From the IMG/VR virus record IMGVR_UViG_3300046167_000888: a stretch of DNA of 64,000 nt; one strand, given 5' to 3'. Positions 18,862 to 29,030 of this stretch are shown here, in pieces. The notes beneath the pieces were generated by a model. It made no database searches. It was not told the DNA's origin and saw only the letters and a program-made list of their open reading frames with translations. The number at the start of each line of letters is the position of its first letter. The first letter of the stretch is position 1. The stretch is from a virus. Position numbers and translations under genes: made by a program.

Positions 18862-19467
18862 ATGAGTAGAAAACTACTAATAGAAACTCAACCTCTTAAA
18901 TTTTCCCCAAAAGTACTAACAGAAAATGTTAGCAAGGAAAATGGTAACCTTATTGTTGAAGGCGTCTTAGCTACAGCAGAGGTTAAAAATGGTAACGGTC
19001 GTTACTATGCTAAAGAGTTGTGGGAAAGAGAAATGGATAAATACCAAACTCTTATTGATGAAAGAAGATCAATGGGAGAATTAGATCATCCAGAATCACA
19101 AGTTATAAATTTACAAAATGTATCCCATGTTATTACTGAATGGGGTTGGGATGGAGACCATGTAATGGGTAAAATAGAAATATTACCAACACCATCAGGA
19201 AAAATACTTTTAGAACTTATTAAAAATGGTGTTACAGTAGGTGTATCATCTAGAGGAATGGGTTCATTAGAACAAAGAGGTAATGTAATGGAAGTACAAG
19301 ATGACTTCGAATTATTATGTTGGGATTTTGTTTCTACACCATCCAATCCAGGATCATTTATGGGTGTTTTACAAGAAGGTAAACAACACGTAGAATATGA
19401 TTATAATAAAGTTAATAGTGTAATACATGAAATCCTTTGTTCTAAAGGTTCTTGTCCAATTCTGTAA
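18862..19467 (+). CDS. prohead core protease (T4 gp21-like)
   Basis: NGNGRYY, GELDHP, VSH, GVSSRGMGS, DFVSTPS; start placed at MSRKLLIE. Confidence 0.92.
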   Translation: MSRKLLIETQPLKFSPKVLTENVSKENGNLIVEGVLATAEVKNGNGRYYAKELWEREMDKYQTLIDERRSMGELDHPESQVINLQNVSHVITEWGWDGDHVMGKIEILPTPSGKILLELIKNGVTVGVSSRGMGSLEQRGNVMEVQDDFELLCWDFVSTPSNPGSFMGVLQEGKQHVEYDYNKVNSVIHEILCSKGSCPIL

Positions 19468-19588
19468 CTTTAATAAATACTCATATACGTATAACCGCAA
19501 TACACCATCTCTTATATGGTGTGAATTAATAAATATTTTCTATTACGATTCTTAATAATCGTATTTCACAAACTTAAATTTTGGGATT

Positions 19589-20776
19589 ATGGCAACAAAC
19601 AGAGATTTGCTAAAGGAAGCTATTGCTGATGCTAAAACCGTTAAGGAAACAGCTATCGCAAACGCTAAACTTGCTCTAGAAGAAGCTTTTACTCCATTCT
19701 TAAAAGATCAATTATCTGCTAAATTGCAGGAAATGGATAAAGATGAGGATGATGTAAAAGAAGAAGTAGAAGCAGTTGAAGAAATGGATGCTCCTAGTTT
19801 TGAAAGAAAAAATTCTCCGGCTGGTGATTCTTTAAAAGATCTTGCGCCAAAAAAAGTAGGTCAATCTACAGTGCAAGAAGATAAAAAAGAAGAATTAGAT
19901 GAGGAAGAAATTAATCTTGATGAACTATTAGCAGAGCTTGAAGATTCTAAAGAAATTGACGAAGCAAAAAAGGACGACGACAAGGAAGACGTTAAAGAAG
20001 ACGCTAGAACTGACGCCGAAGAAGAAGGCTACGAAGATGGAATGAAGGACGAAAAAGAAGACATGGAAGACGAGGAAATTGACCTTGAAGATATGTCAGA
20101 AGACGACCTTAAAGGATTTATCGAGGATGTCATTAAAGACATGGTCGCAGCTGGAGAAATCGAGCCTGGCGATGAATTCGTAGAAGACGAAGTTGAAGTT
20201 GAAGACGTTGAAGACGTAGAAGTTGAAGACGACGTAGACGTAGACATTGAAATCGACGAAGCTAAGAAAAAAGAAGGTGAAGAAGTAAAAGAAGCAAAAG
20301 AAGAAGAAAAAGTAGACGAAGGCTACAGTAACAAAGACGGAGATAAAGATGATTCCCCAACTGAGAAAAAATCTCAAAAAGGAAGATTTGCTAAAAACGG
20401 AGATGTTTCTGAAGAATTAGAAACTGCTTTAGCTGAAATTAACTCATTGAAAGATGAATTAAATGAAGTTAACTTACTAAATGCTAAATTACTTTACACT
20501 AATAAAATTTTCAAAGCGAAAAACTTAAACGAAAGTAAAAAAATCAAAGTGTTAAAAGCATTTGACAAAGCGAAAAACGTTGAACAAGCAAAAACTATTT
20601 TCGAAACATTGAATGAAGGAATTACATCAAGTGTAACTACTCCAACAATCAATGAATCAGTTAAAAAAGGTGCTGCTTCAAAAGCTAGTGGTTTAGAACC
20701 AAAAGCAACAAAACAACCAATTATCGAGTCTAATGATGTTTATAACAGAATGAGAAAACTTGCTGGGTTATTGTAA
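19589..20776 (+). CDS. prohead scaffolding/core protein
   Basis: Very acidic coiled-coil protein between protease and MCP; C-terminal RMRKLAGL. Confidence 0.8.
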   Translation: MATNRDLLKEAIADAKTVKETAIANAKLALEEAFTPFLKDQLSAKLQEMDKDEDDVKEEVEAVEEMDAPSFERKNSPAGDSLKDLAPKKVGQSTVQEDKKEELDEEEINLDELLAELEDSKEIDEAKKDDDKEDVKEDARTDAEEEGYEDGMKDEKEDMEDEEIDLEDMSEDDLKGFIEDVIKDMVAAGEIEPGDEFVEDEVEVEDVEDVEVEDDVDVDIEIDEAKKKEGEEVKEAKEEEKVDEGYSNKDGDKDDSPTEKKSQKGRFAKNGDVSEELETALAEINSLKDELNEVNLLNAKLLYTNKIFKAKNLNESKKIKVLKAFDKAKNVEQAKTIFETLNEGITSSVTTPTINESVKKGAASKASGLEPKATKQPIIESNDVYNRMRKLAGLL

Positions 20777-20811
20777 AATTAAATTAAATTAAACTTTTAA
20801 AAATTATTAAA

Positions 20812-22470
20812 ATGAGCTTAAATTCACTATTAGAAAGTGCTAACACTTACCAAAACATGCAGTCAGATGCAGCAAGGTTAGCAGGAAAATGGGAAAAAAC
20901 AGGTCTTTTAGAAGGTTTAGATGGTGCACACAAATCAAACATGGGTATTATCTTAGAAAACCAAGCTAAACAACTTGTAGTTGAGTCTTCACAAACTGGT
21001 GGAGGTGCTGCTTCAAGTGGTACTTTTAGTTCACAAACACAGGTTAACATCGGTGGTCAGTGGGCAGGAGTTGCTTTACCTTTGGTAAGAAAAGTATTTG
21101 GTCAAATCGCAGCAAAAGAATTTGTTAGCGTTCAACCAATGAACTTACCTTCAGGTCTAGTATTTTTCTTAGACTTCCAATACGGAAGCGACAAATCACC
21201 ATTCTCAAGTGGTTCTTCTTTATACGGTAACAGTATAGGTGGAAACAACTTCGGGAACGACAGCGAAGGTGGTTTATACGGATCAGGTAGATTCGGATAT
21301 TCAATTAACAACACACAGTCTATTTATTCTACATCATCTGCTGTAGCTACTGCTACTTTAGCTGATATGGATTATGACTCTGCTTATTCTTCAAGTTCAG
21401 GATTCCCTACATTTGATAAAGTAAGTGTACCAGTAGCATCACTAGACTTCTTAGATAAAGAAGGTGTTAATGCTTTCCAATTCGGTACAGGATCTTTAGA
21501 TTTTATCGCGAATTCACTTGTTGGTAACCAATTGTCTCAATTCACTAAGTGGGATGAAGATGCACAAGTTGTTAACTTTATCGTAAGTAAATCATTTGGT
21601 GTAGCAGTTGATGATACAAACACTGTTTGTTACCAACTACAACCAACTGATAGATACAGAGGTGATTTTGAAGATGGAAACCCAGAGCCAAACAGCTTGA
21701 ACTCTCCATCAATCTCAATCCCAGAAATCAACGTACAGATGAAATCATCTGCTATCGTTGCTAAAACTAGAAAATTGAAAGCTGTATGGACGCCAGAATT
21801 CGCACAGGATTTAAATGCATACCATGCATTAGATGCTGAAGCGGAATTGACTTCTATCTTAAGTGAGTACATTTCACTAGAAATTGATTTAGAGATCTTA
21901 GATATGTTGATCAGTGGCGCTGCTGCTGGAAACGAAGTATGGTCAGCTGAAAACAACGTTAGTGTTACTAGCGCTGCAGGTGCTCAGAAAAACTTAGGAT
22001 TCTACAACTCTCAAGGACAGTGGTTCCAAACATTAGGAACTAAAATCCAAAAATTAAGTAACATCATTCACCAGAAGACTTTAAGAGGTGGAGCAAACTT
22101 CCTAGTATGTTCTCCTTCTGTAGGTACTATCCTAGAATCTATTCCAGGATTTGCTGCTGATACTGATGGCGATGCTGCAAAAGCAACTTATGCATTTGGT
22201 GTTCAGAAAGTTGGTTCATTAAACGGAAGATATAAAGTTTACAAGAACCCTTACATGAAATCTAACGTAATGTTGTTAGGATTCAGAGGATCTCAATTCT
22301 TGGAAACTGGTGCTGTATTTGCTCCATATATTCCATTAATCATGACTCCACTAGTATACGATCCAAATACCTTTACACCAAGAAAAGGTCTATTGACTCG
22401 TTACGCTAAGAAGATGGTTAGACCAGAATTCTACGGAACAATTGATATCGCAGGTTTAAACACTCTATAA
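20812..22470 (+). CDS. major capsid protein (T4 gp23-like)
   Basis: VQPMNLPSGLVF, AKTRKLKAVWTPEFAQDL, DAEAEL, APYIPL, TRYA. Confidence 0.95.
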   Translation: MSLNSLLESANTYQNMQSDAARLAGKWEKTGLLEGLDGAHKSNMGIILENQAKQLVVESSQTGGGAASSGTFSSQTQVNIGGQWAGVALPLVRKVFGQIAAKEFVSVQPMNLPSGLVFFLDFQYGSDKSPFSSGSSLYGNSIGGNNFGNDSEGGLYGSGRFGYSINNTQSIYSTSSAVATATLADMDYDSAYSSSSGFPTFDKVSVPVASLDFLDKEGVNAFQFGTGSLDFIANSLVGNQLSQFTKWDEDAQVVNFIVSKSFGVAVDDTNTVCYQLQPTDRYRGDFEDGNPEPNSLNSPSISIPEINVQMKSSAIVAKTRKLKAVWTPEFAQDLNAYHALDAEAELTSILSEYISLEIDLEILDMLISGAAAGNEVWSAENNVSVTSAAGAQKNLGFYNSQGQWFQTLGTKIQKLSNIIHQKTLRGGANFLVCSPSVGTILESIPGFAADTDGDAAKATYAFGVQKVGSLNGRYKVYKNPYMKSNVMLLGFRGSQFLETGAVFAPYIPLIMTPLVYDPNTFTPRKGLLTRYAKKMVRPEFYGTIDIAGLNTL

Positions 22471-22499
22471 TGAGTAATTAACCAAGATAAATAGAAATT

Positions 22500-22529
22500 A
22501 GGCCGAACGTTAGTTCGGCCTTTTTTTTT
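22500..22529 (+). terminator. intrinsic terminator after MCP
   Basis: AGGCCGAAC-GTTA-GTTCGGCCT followed by a T-tract. Confidence 0.9.
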
Positions 22530-22555
22530 CATATTTATAATAAAATAGTTTAGAT

Positions 22556-23737
22556 ATGAACATACCAATTTATGATGGTTGCCCTAAATGGGTAGATAGT
22601 GCGGTACCATTCGGTTTTTATAATTCGGATAATGAGTTTACAACCGACGCAGTAAAAGTAGCTAAATTTTGTGCTGCTAGATTAGGTTATCCTTTAGTAG
22701 ATATCGAATTACAATCTGGATCATTTTTTACTGCTTTTGAAGAGGCTGTGACAACGTATGGTAACGAATTATACGCGTATAAAATACGAGATAATCAATT
22801 GTCACTCGAGGGATTAACCACTGGGTCAAGCTTAAATCAAGCGCTTATAACACCGAGTTTTGAACCAATAGTTAGATTAACTGAACAATATGGTGAAGAA
22901 GCAGGCAGTGGAGGTAATGTGCCTTATTATTCAGGATCATTCCATTTAACATCAAGCCAACAAGATTATTCATTTCAAACTTTTATGACCCAAAGTGGTT
23001 ATACTGGTTCTGAATATCAACATGGAATTGAAGTTAAAAGAGTATTTTATCAAGAACCTTACCCAGCATCCTCACGTTATTTAGATCCTTATAATGGATT
23101 TGGATTTGGTGGTGTATTAGCTGCTGGAGTAGCAGGTATAGGTGGATTTGGAGATGGTTTAGGATATTTAATGGCCCCTTTAAATTATGATTTACAGGTA
23201 ATACAACAAATAGAAATGAATCAAATGATTAGAATGAATAACTATTCATTTGAAATCAGAGCAGATAAATTAAGAATATTCCCTATTCCAAACTTTAATA
23301 ATATTCCTTCTGGGTCAACAGGACCTCAAATATGGTTTGAATATATTTTAAGAGAAGAAAGAATAAATACATCTGTTAGTCAAGAACGAGATAAAGTTAC
23401 AAATGTATCAAATGCTCCATATGAAAACCCAACATACGAATTTATTAATTCAGTAGGTAGACAATGGATATTTGAGTATACACTAGCATTAGCAAAAGAA
23501 ATGTTAGGTTACGTAAGAGGTAAATATAGTACTATACCTATTCCTAACGCAGATGTAACACTTAATCAATCAGATTTAATAGCAGCAGCTACAGCTGAAA
23601 AAACTGCTTTAATAGAAAGATTAAGAACATATTTTGATGAAACATCTAGAATGGCTTCTTTAGAAAGAAGAGCAAATGAAGCAGATTCTAAAATGAAGGA
23701 ATTACAACAAGTCCCTTGGACTATTTTTATAGGATAA
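22556..23737 (+). CDS. neck/head-completion protein (gp13-like)
   Basis: RLGYPLVDIEL, YTLALAKEMLG.VRGKY; position after MCP. Confidence 0.75.
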   Translation: MNIPIYDGCPKWVDSAVPFGFYNSDNEFTTDAVKVAKFCAARLGYPLVDIELQSGSFFTAFEEAVTTYGNELYAYKIRDNQLSLEGLTTGSSLNQALITPSFEPIVRLTEQYGEEAGSGGNVPYYSGSFHLTSSQQDYSFQTFMTQSGYTGSEYQHGIEVKRVFYQEPYPASSRYLDPYNGFGFGGVLAAGVAGIGGFGDGLGYLMAPLNYDLQVIQQIEMNQMIRMNNYSFEIRADKLRIFPIPNFNNIPSGSTGPQIWFEYILREERINTSVSQERDKVTNVSNAPYENPTYEFINSVGRQWIFEYTLALAKEMLGYVRGKYSTIPIPNADVTLNQSDLIAAATAEKTALIERLRTYFDETSRMASLERRANEADSKMKELQQVPWTIFIG

Positions 23738-23738
23738 T

Positions 23739-24269
23739 ATGGCAATGTATACTGGAATCAGAGATTGGTCTCTGATGCGACATTTAAATAGAGAGGTTAT
23801 GGGTAATATTATTACTCAGCAATGTGCTATTTACCAATTTAGATTAGAAGAAACTAAAGTTAATATCTATGGCGAAGCCGCTGAAGAAAAATATTATGAT
23901 GGTCCTTTTCTATTTAATGTTTTAATGGATAGAGGTGATCAAGACTTTTCTTTAAATAATGAGGGTGTACAATTTGATCAAAGTATTAATTTTTACTTCC
24001 TAAGAGATGATTTAGTTGAAAAAGACGTGGTGCCTCGAGTAGGAGATATTATATTATTCGAAGAAGGGTACTATGGAGTTCAAAGTACAATTGCTAACCA
24101 ATATTGGGGAGGTAAAAATCCTGAATATCCTAATAATGATTCTGATGGAACACCAAACCCATTGAATCCAGGATTAGAAAAATTTGGTAATAATGTTTCA
24201 ATATTAGTATCGACATATTATATACCAGCAGATAAAGTAGCAATTTCTCCTAATATAGAAAGAATGTAA
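23739..24269 (+). CDS. neck/head closure protein (gp14-like)
   Basis: NIYGE, PRVGDII; synteny. Confidence 0.6.
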   Translation: MAMYTGIRDWSLMRHLNREVMGNIITQQCAIYQFRLEETKVNIYGEAAEEKYYDGPFLFNVLMDRGDQDFSLNNEGVQFDQSINFYFLRDDLVEKDVVPRVGDIILFEEGYYGVQSTIANQYWGGKNPEYPNNDSDGTPNPLNPGLEKFGNNVSILVSTYYIPADKVAISPNIERM

Positions 24270-25216
24270 TGGCAAAACCAAGAAAACCAATACCAAAATA
24301 TCAATTAACCTTAAGTGAAGGCAAACATCGTGCTTTTGAAGGTTTTGAAGATAGAGGGATTCAAACTAATCCTAATGATGCTAATATACCAGTTAATCCA
24401 AATTATCAAGATACAGGTATAGCTATTAATAGATCTGCTCAAATGAGTATGAAAGGTGATTCTAGTAAACAATATTCTATTGGTATTAAAGATATTGATG
24501 AAGCTATATTTTATTATTTTATAAATCAAATAAAACCTTTTGTATACCAAAATGGTCAACGTAGAGAAGTACCTGTAATTTATGGTGCTCCTGAAAGATG
24601 GAAATCATTTCAACGTGATGGGTATTATAGAGATAAAAAAGGTGCAATTATGTTACCTATTATTGTAATTAAAAGGGACTCAATAGCTAAAGATAGAACA
24701 GTAGCAAATAAATTAGATGCTAACCAACCTAACTTATATGGTAAATGGTCTAAACAATATAGCCCAAAGAATTTTTATAGTAATTTTGCTACATTAAATA
24801 ATAGAAAACCTGTAGAAAAATTTCATGTAGTAGCTCAACCTGATTATGTAACTATGGAATATAGCTGTATAATTCAGACATATTATATGGAGCAATTAAA
24901 TAAAGTAATAGAAGCATGTGAATACGCTTCAGATGCTTATTGGGGAATGCCTGAAAGATTTCAATTTAGAGCATTTATAGATACATTTACTACAGCAACT
25001 GAATTAACTCAAGGTAAAGATAGATTAGTTACTGGTACTTTTAATATTAGATTAAGAGGATACATACTACCAGATACAATACAAAAAGAATTAAATGCTA
25101 CTAAAGTATATAATTCAAAAGCTAAAATTACTATTAACGCAGAAGCAGTTAGTGATATAGAGGATGCAGGTCAACCATTAAAAAACCCAACTGACGATCA
25201 TAGAAAAAGAAGTTAG
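24269..25216 (+). CDS. tail terminator/sheath stabilizer (gp15-like)
   Basis: VPVIYGAPERW, LPII; synteny before the sheath. Confidence 0.65.
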   Translation: MAKPRKPIPKYQLTLSEGKHRAFEGFEDRGIQTNPNDANIPVNPNYQDTGIAINRSAQMSMKGDSSKQYSIGIKDIDEAIFYYFINQIKPFVYQNGQRREVPVIYGAPERWKSFQRDGYYRDKKGAIMLPIIVIKRDSIAKDRTVANKLDANQPNLYGKWSKQYSPKNFYSNFATLNNRKPVEKFHVVAQPDYVTMEYSCIIQTYYMEQLNKVIEACEYASDAYWGMPERFQFRAFIDTFTTATELTQGKDRLVTGTFNIRLRGYILPDTIQKELNATKVYNSKAKITINAEAVSDIEDAGQPLKNPTDDHRKRS

Positions 25217-25281
25217 AAATATTTACAATAAATGTATTTTTCTAATTACTTATATATATTTATAATAAACATTTACAAATT

Positions 25282-25536
25282 ATGAAATTAGTGAAAAAGT
25301 TATCAAAAGAAGAAGTTGCAACTTTAACAGAATATCAATTAGAAACCAATAAATTAGTTGGTTCAATAGGACAAATTGAATTACAACTAGATTTATTAAA
25401 AGAGAATAAAGCAAAAATATTAAGCGATTTCAAAATACTATCAGAAAAACAACAAAAAACTGCTAAAGAAATGCAGGAAAAGTATGGTGATGGTAATCTT
25501 GATTTAGAAAAAGAGGAATTTATACCACTAAAATAG
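25282..25536 (+). CDS. small coiled-coil hypothetical protein
   Basis: ORF with a late motif upstream. Confidence 0.7.
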   Translation: MKLVKKLSKEEVATLTEYQLETNKLVGSIGQIELQLDLLKENKAKILSDFKILSEKQQKTAKEMQEKYGDGNLDLEKEEFIPLK

Positions 25537-25594
25537 TTTTTTGAGGTAATTCTTAATATTTATAATAAAATAAACAATTATAATAACATAAGCA

Positions 25595-27358
25595 ATGGCA
25601 GAAACATTAATATCTCCAGGTGTATTAGCAAGAGAAAATGATCAGTCGTTTATTGGTGCAAGACCAGTTACGTTTGGCGCTGCAATAATTGGAGCAGCAG
25701 TTAAAGGACCAGTCAATATCCCAACAGCGGTATCTACATTTTCACAATATGAAGCTATTTTTGGTGGAGCAGTAGAAAGCGGTTCCCAATACTACACTTA
25801 TTTAAACTCAATAGCAGCAAGAAATTACTTTGCAAATGGTGGTGAATCATTATTAGTAACAAGAGTCGTTACAGGTTCATTTACTTCAGCATTTACTTCA
25901 GGTAGTGCCGCAGGACCAAATCAAAGTGGTATTATGGCTAATGCTTGGCAAGACAACGCAGCTACTCAGTATCAAAAACAATCTTTTGTATTAAAAACTA
26001 TTTCTGAAGGGGAACTTATGAACAGTTTCAGCCCAGTAACAGCTAATGGTTCTCTACCAAGTGGATCAGCTGATAACTTAAGATGGGAAATAGCTACAAC
26101 AAATACATCATCTGGACAATTTTCATTACTAATTAGAAGAGGTAATGATATTAACAACCAAAAAGCAATATTAGAGACTTACAATAATCTTTCAATGGAT
26201 CCAACAGCACCTAACTATATAGGTAAAGTAATTGGAGACACATACTTTACAGTAGAAAGTGATGGACCAGATTATTATGTAAAAACAAATGGTAATTACC
26301 CACGTAGAAGTGCTTATGTTTATGTAGAAAGCGTTGGTACACCAACACCTCAATATTTCAATAATGATGGTTCAGTAAAACCACAATTTACAGGAAGTTT
26401 ACCATTAGTAGGATCAGGTTCATTTGCAGCCGCTACAGGTAAAAATATTGAAAACAATGATGCTAAATTTAATGAAAATATCACTGCAGCAAACATTCAA
26501 GGAATTGCACCAGCAGGATATACTCAAACAATTGCATTATTAAATAATAAAGATGATTATCAATTTAATGTAATATCTGCTCCTGGATTAAATGGAGTTG
26601 ATCATGGTATTCAAGTTAATTCTTTAGTAGCATTAGCTCAAAACAGAACAGATTGCCTTGCAGTAATTGATTTAATAGGATATAATTCATCAGTTAACCA
26701 AGTAACAACACAAGCTTCTTCATATGACACTTCATATGCCGCTGCTTACTGGCCATGGTTACAAACGATCGACGCGGTTACTGGACAAACAGTTTGGGCG
26801 CCAGCTTCAACGTATATCCCCGCAGTATATGCATTTACAGACGCATCAGCTGACCCATGGTTCGCACCAGCAGGTTTAGTTAGAGGTGCTTTAGGAAGTG
26901 TAGTAAGAGCAGAAAGAAAATTAACATCAGGAAACAGAGATACTTTATATGAAGCAAATGTTAACCCAATAGCTACATTCCCAGGAAGTGGAGTTGTAGT
27001 ATTTGGACAGAAAACATTACAGAAAAGAGCAAGTGCTTTAGATAGAGTAAATGTACGTAGATTATTAATAGCACTAAAATCTTATATTGTACAAGTATCA
27101 GATGGTTTAGTATTTGAACAAAATACAAACTCAACAAGAAATAACTTCTTGGCACAAGTTAACCCATACTTAGAATCAGTACAACAAAGACAAGGATTAT
27201 ACGCGTTTAAAGTAGTAATGGATGCTTCCAATAATACACCAGACGTAATCGATAGAAATGAGCTAGTAGGCCAAATTTACTTACAACCAACTAAAACAGC
27301 GGAATTTGTAATTCTAGATTTCAACGTTTTACCAACTGGAGCAACATTTCCTGAATAA
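25595..27358 (+). CDS. contractile tail sheath protein (gp18-like)
   Basis: SPGV..RE.D, WFAPAG..RG, NPIATFPG, GQKTL, RVNVRRL. Confidence 0.95.
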   Translation: MAETLISPGVLARENDQSFIGARPVTFGAAIIGAAVKGPVNIPTAVSTFSQYEAIFGGAVESGSQYYTYLNSIAARNYFANGGESLLVTRVVTGSFTSAFTSGSAAGPNQSGIMANAWQDNAATQYQKQSFVLKTISEGELMNSFSPVTANGSLPSGSADNLRWEIATTNTSSGQFSLLIRRGNDINNQKAILETYNNLSMDPTAPNYIGKVIGDTYFTVESDGPDYYVKTNGNYPRRSAYVYVESVGTPTPQYFNNDGSVKPQFTGSLPLVGSGSFAAATGKNIENNDAKFNENITAANIQGIAPAGYTQTIALLNNKDDYQFNVISAPGLNGVDHGIQVNSLVALAQNRTDCLAVIDLIGYNSSVNQVTTQASSYDTSYAAAYWPWLQTIDAVTGQTVWAPASTYIPAVYAFTDASADPWFAPAGLVRGALGSVVRAERKLTSGNRDTLYEANVNPIATFPGSGVVVFGQKTLQKRASALDRVNVRRLLIALKSYIVQVSDGLVFEQNTNSTRNNFLAQVNPYLESVQQRQGLYAFKVVMDASNNTPDVIDRNELVGQIYLQPTKTAEFVILDFNVLPTGATFPE

Positions 27359-27397
27359 AAACAAAAGAATAGAATATTTATAATAAAATAAACAACA

Positions 27398-27886
27398 ATG
27401 GCAGTATTAGACCCGAACGAAATATTTTATACAGCATTTGAACCAAAGCAACAAAATAGGTTTATCCTATACGTTGACGGGATTCCTTCATACCAAATTA
27501 AAGGTATGGGAGCTGTTTCATTAACTCAAGGTACAGTTCAATTAAACCACATTAACGTTGCAAGATATGTTAAAGGTAAAACACTTTGGAATACGATTCA
27601 AATGACACTATTTGATCCAATTACTCCAAGTGGTGCACAAGCTGTAATGGAATGGGTTAGATTACACCACGAATCAGTAACAGGTAGAGACGGATATAGT
27701 GATTTCTATAAAAAAGATTTAACTATGAACGTATTAGGACCTGTAGGTGATATCGTTTCAGAATGGATCATTAAAGGAGCTTTAATTACAGAAGCTAACT
27801 TTGGAGATTACAACTGGGATAATGAAAACGCTGCTCAGGAATTACAAGTAACAGTTCAACCAGATTACTGTATACTAAATTTCTAA
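27398..27886 (+). CDS. tail tube protein (gp19-like)
   Basis: 163 codons directly after the sheath; FEPKQQNRF, YKKDLT..LGPVG. Confidence 0.85.
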   Translation: MAVLDPNEIFYTAFEPKQQNRFILYVDGIPSYQIKGMGAVSLTQGTVQLNHINVARYVKGKTLWNTIQMTLFDPITPSGAQAVMEWVRLHHESVTGRDGYSDFYKKDLTMNVLGPVGDIVSEWIIKGALITEANFGDYNWDNENAAQELQVTVQPDYCILNF

Positions 27887-27916
27887 AAATATTTACCCCT
27901 CCTTTTTATAAAAATT

Positions 27917-27942
27917 GCTTGGCTTACGCCAAGCTTTTTTTT
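27917..27942 (+). terminator. intrinsic terminator after tail tube
   Basis: GCTTGGC-TTAC-GCCAAGC followed by T8. Confidence 0.85.
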
Positions 27943-27985
27943 ATATTGTATATGTATAATAAACGTTATTAATTAAATAAAGTAT

Positions 27986-28717
27986 ATGAGCGAATATAAA
28001 TTCCCGACCGAAGAGGTAGAATTGCCATCAAAAGGTCTAATCTATGCAAAAGACAATCCATTATCTAGTGGTAAAGTAGAAATTAAATATATGACTGCTA
28101 AGGAAGAAGATATTCTTTCTAATCAATCTTATATTCAAAAAGGTACAGTACTTGATAAATTATTAAGATCTGTAATTGTAAATAAGGATATTAACACTGA
28201 TGATTTAATTGTAGGTGATAAAAATGCTTTATTAATTGCTACTCGTATTTTAGGATATGGTAAGGATTATGATATTATAGTAAAAGGACAAAATTATACT
28301 CTTGACATGACTACTCTAGAAAATAGAGAAATTGATGAAAGTATATTTGAAGCAGGTAAAAATGAATTTACTTTTACAACTCCTTCTACAGGCACAGTAT
28401 TAACATATCAAATTTCTACAGGTAGAATTGAAAAACAAGTTGAAAGAGAAATAGCCGGACTTAAAAAATTAAAAAAAGAAGATACAGCTGATTTAACTAC
28501 AAGATTAAAACATTTAATTACATCGGTTGATGGTAGCTCAGAAAAAAAAGACATTAGAGAATTTGTAGATAATAGATTTTTAGCTAGAGATTCTAGAGCA
28601 TTCAGAGATCATATCCAAACAACTCAACCAGATGTAAATTTATCCTATATTTTGGATAATGGAGAGGAGGTAGTAGTCCCTATAGGACTTAACTTTTTTT
28701 GGCCTGACTACAGCTAA
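27986..28717 (+). CDS. baseplate hub/tail assembly chaperone (gp26-like)
   Basis: LPSKG, MTAKEEDIL, GDKNALLIATRILGYG; between tube and tape measure. Confidence 0.75.
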   Translation: MSEYKFPTEEVELPSKGLIYAKDNPLSSGKVEIKYMTAKEEDILSNQSYIQKGTVLDKLLRSVIVNKDINTDDLIVGDKNALLIATRILGYGKDYDIIVKGQNYTLDMTTLENREIDESIFEAGKNEFTFTTPSTGTVLTYQISTGRIEKQVEREIAGLKKLKKEDTADLTTRLKHLITSVDGSSEKKDIREFVDNRFLARDSRAFRDHIQTTQPDVNLSYILDNGEEVVVPIGLNFFWPDYS

Positions 28718-28748
28718 TGCCCCTCAATTTAGGTTAAATTTATTTCAA

Positions 28749-29006
28749 ATGATCCATCAAATTGTCTTTCATGGCAAAGGTGGATATGATTTTAAAGCAG
28801 TATATGACTTACCTATTTGGTTAAGAAAATACATTTACAAAGAAATTACCGACTTTTATTCTGAAGAAAAAAAGGCATATGAAAATGCAAAAAGTGGAGG
28901 AAAAGGTAAAGGCAACAAAACCCTTGTCTCGGCAGATGGTAAAGTAAACACACCTGCCTTTGCTCAAGCATCTAAAGCATACAAAGGTAAAACAAGTTAT
29001 AAGTAA
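28749..29006 (+). CDS. small tail/baseplate assembly protein (gp51-like), possibly made as a frameshift extension of the upstream gene
   Basis: VYDLPIWLRK motif; the reading frame is open from 28686, across the T7 run. Confidence 0.55.
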   Translation: MIHQIVFHGKGGYDFKAVYDLPIWLRKYIYKEITDFYSEEKKAYENAKSGGKGKGNKTLVSADGKVNTPAFAQASKAYKGKTSYK

Positions 29007-29030
29007 TAATATTTATAATAAAATATCTAC

